64,000 nt of DNA, taken from NCBI GenBank assembly GCA_964304625.1, contig OZ199838.1, positions 13,552,802-13,616,801 of the forward strand, read 5' to 3'. The notes under the pieces were generated by a model. It was not told where the DNA came from and did no database searches. It saw only the letters and a program-made list of their open reading frames with translations. Position numbers and translations under genes: made by a program. This document shows positions 50,058-61,556 of this stretch, piece after piece; position 1 is the stretch's first letter, and each line of letters starts with the position of its first letter. This DNA comes from Kudoa neothunni (lineage: Eukaryota; Animalia; Cnidaria).

Positions 50058-51894
50058 GGAACTCTAAAGAGGAAATTTTAAACGCTCAGTAGTGTTTATT
50101 CATTTTTAAAAATATTAAATAAGGTTCATACGTCTAATTATCTAAGGTAGGTTAATTATAATACGATTTAGGGCTAACTACAGTAACTGTATACGAAGTT
50201 AGCGCGGTACCGACGTACATACAATATACAATCGGGACAAAGTCGTTCCCTACAATTTGTCTTACTAATTGATTTCTCTTTCAAAATTTTTTCATATTTC
50301 TTTACATCATAAAAAATTTATAATTATAGAAAAATAAGAATTTTTTGAAGTATTTATCAAAAGAATAGAGATTTCACTTGAATCCGAATATGCTCGGCGT
50401 AAGATTTATTTCCAGCTTGCGAGATGATTCTTGTTGGTCTAAAATTTATTAAGTTACTCTATCTGTATGATAAAAAAACCTGAAAAATTTTCAATAACGA
50501 AGTGAATTAACAGGATGAATTGTGGGAAACAACATTTCTGGTTGTTTATACGATAGCGCCCGAAATTGGCACACATATTGTAGCTTTGTCCAATTTTTTG
50601 TAAAACCTTTATGGAGACTTTATCGGTTGATATTTGCAAGATTAGTCTTAATTAGACATTTAATTGACCACATGTCGATATTTGCTTAAATTCAAGCTGG
50701 AATGATCTAAATCTTTACGCTTTTTATACTTCAGTATACAATAATTTTCTATCACAAAAACGTATCTAGCTATTTGAATGAAATTTGAAAAGAAAACGAT
50801 TGATATTTACTTATCCCATTTTTTCTTTTTTATCCAATATTTATTGGTTTTTACTTTTCTGCATAATATCAGGGTCATATTCAAAATGTGCCGTAACAAA
50901 ATGCATGAGGTTACATGATGTTATATTTAGATGATTACTATTATTCTTTTGTCGGGACGGTAATTTGGTCTATTTTTTCGAGTATCTGAAAAATTAAAAT
51001 ATATTTTTCGTAGCCCCATTAATGACCAATCATATTTCTCATTAACCCATTCTTTTTTCTTATGGAAAAGTAACGTGAACAAATCTAACGGACGCATGTG
51101 AAGATTAATTAAATAAAATAATCTGATTATTCGATTTAGATATTCTAATTAAACATTGAAAAATAAAAATACGCCGCATAACATACACTAATGTAAGAAC
51201 ATCATGAAACAGCATTGAATTTAAATTGTTGACAAGAATTTGGTGGAGACATCAGCTTCAGAATTAATAGTTGAACAAAACAGTATGCATTTACACGCGA
51301 ATAATCTAATTATTTATTAATCTGATTTATGCGATATTAAAATGACTTTGCTAAATTAGATCCGTATTCATGTTGTGACATTTTACTGAAAAAAGAAACT
51401 TTTCCTCTCTACTTTTTAGTCCCTTTATATTTTAGTAAAATGTTACAAATTACAAAATAATTGGCTAAATAAAAACATTGGGCAAGAACCCCAAGCGTGA
51501 GCCAGGGTTTGCGCTAGTCTATAATAATTAGCTTTATTGAATTAATTTTAGAACCAAGGAAGACTTACACAGGGAAGACATTGAATCGTTCGAAGTGTAT
51601 TACGATCCATCTATTAAAAATTACAGAGGAGTTAGTTTGGTAATTTTACATCTTGAACTCCAAAAATGTTTCTATATCAAATTCGTTTCGCTATTTAATT
51701 AGGCTGATAATCCAATTTTAACCTGCTTTGATTATGAGGATCCCACCTTTAATAAGACTTTTGATGTTATCGATTCGATAGTCGGAAATATGGGATGAAC
51801 TGCAAAAAACTTTGTATATCTCCATAAATGATATCTTTCTAATATTTTTACTAGGAAAATCATCGTGGATGGAGAAGACGCGAACGCATGTTGA
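50058..51894 (+). pseudogene. Mitochondrial ribosomal protein S25 (mS25)-like pseudogene candidate
   Basis: Exons ~50124-50146, 51552-51813 and 51855-51894 give HTSNYLRTKEDLHREDIESFEVYYDPSIKNYRGV...FVSLFN*ADNPILTCF...FDVIDS(fs)SEIWDELQKTL, aligning with MRPS25 RTLQYL...VMTVNY...GA...MFKNMTPSPFLRFY...VDVETKSNKEIMEHIRKIL. In-frame TAG at 51700-51702 and a frameshift at ~51781. Confidence 0.55.
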
Positions 51895-52125
51895 TTAATT
51901 TCGATTCTAATTATTCTGTATAGTAGTCTGTCAGTTTTTATTTTTCATATTTTACATTTTTATGTATTTTTTTATTTTCTTCACGTAAATATTAATAATT
52001 GGTTTAAATTATTTGAATAATAAATACTCTATAAAGATAAATTATTAAAAAGCGAGTTTTTGTTTCCATACAAGTATTTGACAATTATTATAAATTTTCG
52101 AAGAAATTTAAATTAATACCATTAA

Positions 52126-53055
52126 CCCCCTGAGACGCGAAAATTTCCATCTCCCAAGTAAAAATGAAGTAGAAACCTACCCCAGATTTTTTTAATATAA
52201 AACTATCTAAAATATAAAGTTATCTAATCTCGAATAGTTCTAATAAATACTTTCCGATTTTCGCCGTACGCTCATCTCTTATCGACAGTAAATCTCTCTT
52301 TTTTGCTTAAAAATGTTCTTATAATGTAAAAGAATGTTTAAAGGTTTATTTCGCACTAATAAATGTATTATGTATACAAAAAAGTAAGAAAAATAACGAG
52401 AAAACAATGTTATTTCTCAAAAAAATGTCCATTGAACATGTCAAAAATTTTGTTTACACCAAACGCTAAGCAAACATCGCATTTATGGGCGGGTTTTATA
52501 CTGTACAATTGTTGATTGAAGAATGTCCGAAATGTATCAACCATCGAGTTAATATTCTGTTCTATGAAATGGGCAACACCGAAACTATTATTCAAGGTGT
52601 TTGAGTAGATAGTAGAGTCTCAGTCTCCCATAATGTTCCATTCTTGTCAATATGGCAATCGACCGGACAATTTATATTAAAATCGTATTTATCTGAAGAT
52701 TTTTCGTTAATAGGCCGTAATAGGTGTCTGACGAGTCGAATCTGAGCAGCTTTGGCTGCATTCGCACGGACTCACCGCGAACAAAACGAGAGAAGAGCAT
52801 GTTCACATGGGGCGTAATAATAGTGTTTCTTGATTTACTCAAAATCTAATCGATAGAATTTAGCTAAGACTGTTCCAAATTAAATAACTTTTTTTAATTT
52901 AACTGATACATCTTTTTATTCCTTATATTTATACTATAGAAACTGTTACACGATTAGGCTGAATTTGGATCATTGATCTTTAACCTATTGGGTAAACAAA
53001 TGACTTCAAACATCACGGGGGGGGGCGGATTTCTACCTCCATTTTACTTGAAGGG
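52126..53055 (-). mobile_element. Internally deleted piggyBac element
   Basis: TTAA-CCC ... GGG-TTAA with inverted CAAGTAAAA(A)TG..GTAGAAA.C..CCCC blocks and a Cys-containing C-terminal remnant (HKCDVCLAF). Confidence 0.7.
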
Positions 53056-54566
53056 TTAATGAAAACATAAATATGTTTCAAAGACAAAATAAGTACGTAA
53101 TTGCTTGATTTAAATCCTGTACTTGACTTGGATGTTAATAAAGTTATAACGATTTAGTCATTCTAAATTAGAATAATTCGTCGTAGAAATAAATTATATG
53201 ATTTTACTTGCGCTGGTACTCGGTCTTGTTTAAATTTTCCCTCGCCTCACAAAATTACGCAACATCGAGACCTTACTTTAACTTTAACTAATTCAAATAG
53301 ACTTATCTACTTAATAATACTTAAAATTAACGATTTTAAAATTTTATTTCACTTAATGAGGTTTAATCACGATATATATGTGTTGTATTTTAATAAAAAA
53401 TTTTGTTGGGAAAAATTAATAAACTAGTTTATGAAATATAGTACAAAACTAACAGACGGTTATAGAGATATTAAATACCGTTCCAATAGCTAACGCGTAA
53501 ACTAGAGACACAAATTTTTCCTAAAGGTGATATTATACCCTCCTTTTTATGATTAGAAATATTACGCCCGATCTTCAACTACATTTTTTTATGTTATAAT
53601 CGTTATCACCATGATCTTCCTTTCAAACTTGATATGTTTAAAATATTAGGATTAAAGATAAATTAATTTCAATTATTAATATTAAAATTCTCCACAAAAT
53701 AAGGTTTACTACCTTCTCCTAACCTCTATTATTACAGTAGCTATAATGAATGAAGTATCTTTAGTATAATTTAAACTATATTTATTTAAAAATCGCTCAA
53801 ATATTTATAAATAGTTTTCTTAAATGAGAATTTAATGCAATGATGAAATAACCACTCGCTTGAGATATTCCTGCTGCTGTCCCTACTTTCCTGAAATAAC
53901 AAATAAACTTGTATATCTTGTCCTCAATTTTTCATATATAATCGTTTCTTCTAATATCCTATTATAAATTTACTCAGTGAATCCAAATTATTTAGAATAA
54001 AAATAAAACAATTGAATGATTTTCGTTTCTTATTGACTTGTAATATTTTGTCATTTTTTAACGATAATATAAATTAAGGAAATTAAATTAATTAGTTAAT
54101 ATAATATTTTTAAATAAATATAAAAACTATTCGAAAGGCATATTATCCATTTATTAGCTGCAGTATATGCCATAGTGTATTAATGTGTACCGAGATCTTC
54201 GAACAAAGAATTTTGATTTCATGGTGGAATAGAAACCTTTGGTATCTCCAGAAGATGTGATGCTTGCTTTATCACAACGAGAAACAAATATTTGTGCACA
54301 TTAAATGAATATTCGACCCTAAACCAGATTTCGTGGTCATAACTTATGTCGATCACAATCTGAGTAAAATACTATAACAAATGTCTCGATAAGGGCAGGA
54401 TTAACTTTAGTAACTCAGTTAAGTAAAGATGTTTCCTTTTTCATGCCACGCAATTTCATTGTGTAAAAAATACTGAAATAAAACGAAAATACCGAACATA
54501 ACGTAAAGTATTTTTTAATATAGCTATTAATAATATTTTCATTTAAATAACAGCTTATAATAATGC

Positions 54567-57500
54567 CTATTCGGTGAATAAAGGATTCACTTCCTAAAAA
54601 CGAAGAAATTAAGCGTAATTTTAGATAATAATTTGAAAACACACCTGATTAGTTTGAGCATTCGCTTCTCCTTTGATAAGTTTATCATATTGTGCTTTAT
54701 CGTATTGGTATTTTATGAACCAAGCGATCAATATGAGAATCAAAGACAATAATATGATGCCTGCTACAATCACTAGTATTGTGACCAAAGGACTCAAAGG
54801 TGGCTTGCAATCTTATGATAACAATTATGTAAAACAACACAGTAAACAAAATTATAAACAACCTTTTAGCTTGTTTAGCGGTTTAATGTGTATAATGTTG
54901 GTGATGTTTCCAGATTCGTCTGTGATTTCAGTCGATTTAACTGTGAAAAAGACTGCACATTTTTTGTAAGAGCTGGCACAGTGATATTCATCGCTTTGAG
55001 AGTCGGCTTCGTCAACAAAATATGTGTTATTCGTGCCGTTACCACAGGTTAAACACGGTGTGTTTCCAACGGTGAGGTCATTAAATAGCTTGCAAATAGC
55101 GCATTCTTCGTATTTATTACAACTCTCAATTTCCAACTATATTTCAACCATATAAATCGCATTGGATCACTGACTACCTCTTCTTCGCAATGCTTTCCAG
55201 TATAGCCATCATTACAGATGCAATGACCACATAGGCATGATCCTCTTCCGCTGCATTTCTAGTTTTAATGATTGCAAACGACCTCATGCGTTCATTCTAA
55301 TCACTTACATAAGTCTCATTATTACGATAACATGTTTGGTTCCAGTATTCATGGCCACAATTTCTTTTCTGACAAATATCACCAATGTATTGAGGTTTAC
55401 ATGTGCATTTGCCACAGTTACACTGCCCATGCGATTCTCCACTGCATAATTCATTCTCGCCCGATTGACAGTCAGTGTTGTCACAATCACAATAGTCACC
55501 AGTAAACAAAGACGAGCCTGATTCCTACACAATTAAATAATTATTTAATTAATTCATTGCATATTTATGCACAAATAGGAGAATTACACCGCATTCACAT
55601 CGATTGCATGCGCAAGTTCCTATTCCGTTGCATATGAGTCCATATTCATCTTTGGCGCTTGAACAATTACTAGTGGATTCATGACAGTCACAATAATCGC
55701 CAGAGCTACAAATAATTAAGAGTTTCAACAATAAAATTATTACTATGATTCATAGCAGTAACATTTTCCACATATTAAATCACCATTTAGGTTGCAATAC
55801 GCACTCTTGATTTCCTACAGTGGTATTTTAGTGGGTTTAATTGAATAATATTTCAATGTTACATATTGAGAATTAGAAGGATCTGAACATTTGCAAACAC
55901 ATCCAGTTATTAAAATTAGCTCAATTGAGCCATAACCGACAATTCCCACATTATAACTAGAATATTAAAATTCAGTTGTAGCTTGACGATCTATATTTAT
56001 ATTTTTTCCTCACTTTAAAGGCAAATTGTTAGGATAGCACTTGACTGCTTCAATCTCAACGGTAACAATGAGATTTCCTGTATTGTCACATTGAATAGCT
56101 CCGCTGGACGTATTTTGTGGATTACTACAATATTTATTTTGTTACTGCAGAAGAGTTTTAAATAGGTACGTGCAATTTGTAGTGACCACTATGTCGGTAT
56201 ATTTGTCCGATTTTGGTGGAATAATCTTCACAATGGACATAGCTTTCTAATGGCAAGTTTATTAACGAGAGATAGGTATATTTTACTCTAGCAGCTGTTC
56301 GTATCGCTTTCACCACATCGTCGGCATTTTCGAGCAGTTCTGTCCCAGCACTTATCTCGTACAAATCTTGTACTATTTGCTAAAATTCCATTTTTTTTCT
56401 TCGTTACATGATTTCAATATTAAAAATACTTGATAATATTGATGATTGCGGAAATAAAGCGCCAAAAAGTATAAATGAATATCATTTTCTGATAAAACTC
56501 TAGACAATGCGTTATCGTCTGGATAATCCTACGGTTTATTATAGAATAATTTTTAGGGAGGAACTAACCAGAAACTTTTGATATCCGCCAAATTCGTCAA
56601 GTTCACACTTACTGACGTATCTTCTCACAATTCCCATATTCTAGGTTATTAGAATAAATAATAATTTTGAATAAAAGTATTACTTTTCCATCTCCAGCTG
56701 TTTTGGGTATATTATCGGTAGCGATCATTATAATTTTTACCGACTCTTTGGCAGGCATCCAACCAATCTATTCTTACTTCATCAGTCGGGAAAAACTAAA
56801 ATAAGATTTCCACCTGTTCTTTACACGATGCTGCCTGCAGCACACAAGTGTAAATTGATTCAGGATCGTCATTGTTGGTGTATAACATTTTATCATCACT
56901 TAAGCGTCCAAGTTGCTCCTATACCACATTTTAACTTATATCAATGAGATCTATCACTTGCAAAGAGCTGCGATTTCCGTTCAGTGAGATATAGTGCTCG
57001 AATTCGTATTTTGATTCGCTATCAAAAATAATTACACTAAAATTCAACTAAAAGTCCATAATTATCTATTTTTTATTATATAGTTAAAAATTAGTAGATT
57101 AAACATTTCGATCCTAATATTATGGAACCTTATGATCAGTTCAAATCTAAAAGTTCAACATTATATTATTGAGATATTTGGAGTTACAATGCCACAAACA
57201 ATTTTTTAATTATATGCAAGAAATATGATTGTTCAAGTGAGTTGTTAAACGTTGATATTATTTGAATTTGTATTAAAGACCAATTTTTGAGCGATTCGGA
57301 AACATCTCTGTTGAGTTATTATTTTAAAGATTATTTTGTAGTAAACATGTCATTAACGTATCTACAAAATTATAATTTATTTAATTAATTACAAAAATAA
57401 AATATTTCTTTAATGATATATTTGACGCAGATATTTAAATAATAAAAATATAATTTTTACATTTTTGGACTCCAATAACTCATCATGAATCAATTGTTTC

Positions 57501-58517
57501 GTATGCGGATAAAAATGTTATAACTATATAATCCTTATACTAATAATTTAACATTAAGAAGATGTATGCGAAAAATTACTGTTAAACAATTTAGGTTAAA
57601 GAAAAAAATATCAAGAAATTTACAAGGTATCAAAATTGACACGCAAGTTTTTAAAGGATCAATTTGATGGATATTTAAGATAAAATTGATTTTTAAGACA
57701 AAATAAAATATGATATTTATTAGTTGTATATAACTTTATTAGAATTTAAAGTTAATAATAAATTAAATGTATTCAATACGGATCCTGATTTTAAGCAAGT
57801 TGCATCTTACCTTGTCACAGGATTGTACGCTTTATCGTAACACAACCCTATCCCTATTCTGATGCTTTCGGCTCCAATTTCACCAATGCGGTCGACTTAA
57901 AATTAGGTTTATACACCTACAAATCTTTAATATGTGTTCTACTTGTTTCCGATAAATCACTAACGATTTTCTCCCTGGTACTTTTCATTGATAATGTGCT
58001 GTCAATAATAATGTAAATGTCTAGCGGTAGCTTTGTTGGTACAGTGATGTGTGAAGTTACATTGGTTTTTACATCTATAAGAGAGCTTAGACTGGATAAA
58101 TTTTGAAATTACTTGGTTTTAAATTGATTATTTGAATTTTTTGTGGGTATATGGTTATGTTTTTGGTTGACATGCTATTTAAATTCTATATTATCATAAA
58201 AAGTGTGACTTTTAGTTTATTTAAAAAACTTTCTTTTCAATTTGTTCAAACTGAATAAAGTTTTTGCAGTCTTCGTTGTTTCCAATTTTTTCGCACCTAT
58301 CATTTTTGTAATCCTAAAACAGGTTATAATTTAATTTAACTCTTAAAATACTTTATCAGAACACCAGCCAAAATCTCCATCTTTGTTAATACACGACGAA
58401 CATTCATCCGTTTCTATGTTAGTGTCCTCGCATATGTTTGCTATCAAAATTTATATTTCTTATATGAAAAAATAAGCAACTTTTTAAAAAAATGAGCACA
58501 TAAAAGTGTAACAACAT
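54567..58517 (-). CDS. Integrin beta subunit, paralogue A (intron-rich, apparently intact)
   Basis: PSI (CSSC..GWCSD), betaI domain (PLDIYIIIDSTLSM, NDDPES, CKEQIGW, ATD..AGDGK, DYP), I-EGF Cys repeats, TM segment LVTILVIVAGIILLSLILILIAW and tail ending EVNPLFTE*. All junctions checked were phase-consistent; the first exons are less certain. Confidence 0.92.
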
Positions 58518-59992
58518 TTTCTTAATAATCTCACCCTCTGTTTGATTTTTCAAGTTAAAACTATTGTATAGTGTGCTTTGAGATTAGTATCGAAGTTCAG
58601 GATTATATTCTCTATGGGAATGAACCATTCGAATATTTCCAAAAAAGTAATTTTAATTTTAAATTAATATTAAGATAAATTAATAATATATTGTTCTTAA
58701 CTTCAGCTCTTCGTTTAAACTTGGTAAAGGTGGTTTCTTTCTCTAATTTTGTTAGCTGCATCCCCGATGAGAGGGTAACTTAACTACCATATGCATTGAG
58801 TGCGTTCAGCTCTTTTTACACAAAATACAATTATTTAAAGGAGATAATGATTCCAGGCAAATTATCTTAAATCAGATCAATTTTTTATTGATGTAAAACA
58901 ATTTTAAATAAGGAAGAAAATCAATAAAATGATCCCTATTCGATTTCTCACTTATTCCAAAGTTGATTAAACGGAATAACAAATCGTACTCTGTAATTTA
59001 AAGAACTTTTACTGTTTATATTTTTCATGTTAATTCTATAGGTAAATATCCAAGATTAACTATCCATAAGTTTTTTAATGTTCAAATTAATTTTGAAAAG
59101 CTATTATATGGTCGCTCGAATATTATTTAACAAAAGTCAATATTGAGCAGGAAGCTAAGCTAAAAGTTTAAGTCCCTTCTTCGTTTAGGTAATGCTGTGG
59201 GTGTGACTAACAATTGCTCTGGGATCTTTTTATTATCTGTTTGAGATTTTAACTTAATCTGAGATATCACCGACAATTCCATATTGGTTTCGTTAGTGGA
59301 ATCAAATGGTAAAAGGTTGAAGTTATAATTTACAAGAGTCTTAGCTTATGTAGATTTACGCATATAAATAGTAGTTTATATATGGCGATTATTTTATAAT
59401 TATAAAGAATCATGATATTCGCTCGAAAAATAAGGCTATGCTCTCAGACGCTTCCATTTTTTAATTATTAAAAAAGGATGGATTACTTAGCCTTAATGTT
59501 ATCAGATTTTTATATCTCATCCCTGCAGTTGGAGTTGAAGTCATTCTGCGAAATATGGTCTATCTCTTCCAAATATTATTTTATTTTGAATTTTTTAATA
59601 TTAAAATATTTGATAATTATTCCAATTTTTATACTAAAGATAATGTTCTGGAGTCTTCGTTCATCATTTCATTAGATGACTAAACTGAGAACTTAAATGT
59701 AATGGAAGAAAATTAGTTTAAACAAATAATTGATATATCTTTTTCTTAAAAAACTAAAAGAGATTTGAAGAATGTGATGGAGATAATAAATTTTATGTAA
59801 TTAATGGCACACTTTCAATTTCAGAATTAAATAAAATCATTAATTCAATCATAAGTGTATTTAAGACAAACCATACGCAGAATGGCCTCATTTACATTTT
59901 TAATGGACTAAGATGATAATAAATTACAAAAATGATTAAGATACTTTAAGTTAGAATAATTTTATTGCAGAAGTAACTTAACTGATCAGTTG

Positions 59993-60063
59993 CGTTCGGA
60001 TCCTCGATATTGCGTAACTTTCCCATGGCCTCAAAAAGTTACGCAACATAGAGATCATACTCT
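59993..60063. repeat. Short hairpin MITE related to the pogo/Tigger terminus
   Basis: TTGCGTAACTTT (60010-60021) / AAAGTTACGCAA (60035-60046), resembling 39814-39870. A half copy lies at ~53245-53275. Confidence 0.55.
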
Positions 60064-61556
60064 AACATTTCATTTGGAACATCAAGGCAGGTTGAGTTTT
60101 CAAATAAGTTCGAATGGAGTCATCTATAGATTAAATGAAGCCACCACTCATAGAGATAAATTTTTTGACTTTCAGCCATTTTAAATTTGGTACTTCCTTA
60201 GTTGCCCACGTATATTGAGTTAATTGTTAGAAAAGAGGACTGCCTCATCTGGATTCAATTGTATCCCTTACTTATATGATAAAAATCTTAAAAAATTAGT
60301 TGAACGAATATTAACAAACATGTACAGATAATCCAGGAAGGGTATAAATTTTCAGACAGAAAGAACTTTAAAGTTCTCAAATCAACATTATCTGTCATCA
60401 ATTCTAATGATAAGCTGTCTCTTGATGATTCATAACTCAGAACTGTTTTTTTTATTTTTCAGCGTAGGAAACTATCTAATCATTTAATCTAATTTTGCTA
60501 GTAGATAAATTTACCGTCAATTTTTTTGGACAGAAAAAACGTTAAAAACCAAAATTCTAGAAATTAATAAAACAGATTTGGAATAAAATCTATACATATT
60601 TGAATAAAACTCAATAATACAATACTAGATATATTAAATTATCTTATAGTCGTTTTATTAAACTCAGTATTGGTTTATCCGAATTACGATAGTCAACAAT
60701 TTTTATTAATTCATCCAAATGTCTCTGTGACCCCATCATATGAAAGCTATAATTATGTGATTAATGTGGTTAAGAAGAAATAGCTAATAAGTATTAGCAA
60801 GAACCTAAAATGCTTAAAATGTGTCACAAATAATATACATTTCTTGTTTAGGTACATTATTAAATTAATAGACTAATAAATCAAATATCAACAATTGCAA
60901 TTCGAAAAATTCGAAGAACGTTCAATTTCTAAATACCGAGAACATCTGTGTTAATTTTAATAAAACGTTAGTAATGCTTATTTTCAACATAAATCGCCGT
61001 CTCCATTAACTTAAAAACTTATATAAAGTGGTAAAGAACGACCTCAAAAAATAATCTATTTAGTAACAAACAATAAATCATATAGAGAATATTTAGTAAT
61101 CACATATCTGTCAATCATTCCGCTAAAACCTCATATTTCATATTATGGATGTAAATTGAATAAAATATAATGGTAAATATTCAGTACATTAATTTAGTTC
61201 CTTATTGAATTTAAGAATTATTAAATAATGGACATGCTCTTTCGAACACAACATTTAATACTTCCATATTCTATGGCTGCATAGCATGTATGATAATATA
61301 CATCCTATAAATTATAAAAATTTAATTGATAAACAATTTTTTTGTATTTCTTGGAATAAGAGTGATAAAATATTATTGGGGGTAGCAAAGCATAAATAAC
61401 AGCTGTAATAGACTATGTTGTATTTTTCACTGAAATAATATCATACACTGTAAAGAAATAAAAGTATATGAATAAGAGAAATTAACCATAAATATATTTT
61501 TTAGAGAGAGAGATTAATCCATAAAGTTAATACTAGGATAGACCAAAAAGAGAACT

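Noticed and set aside
51766-51781. 16-nt GT...AG micro-intron that would repair the MRPS25-like frameshift
   Set aside because: It is far below the ~34-nt minimum seen here, would delete aligned residues, and would not fix the upstream TAG.
58745-58812. Hammerhead-ribozyme-like fold (CCGATGAG, stem GGTA/TACC, GCATT/AGTGC)
   Set aside because: The core is not intact (CCGATGA rather than CTGATGA, and no GAAA); at most a dead retroelement relic.
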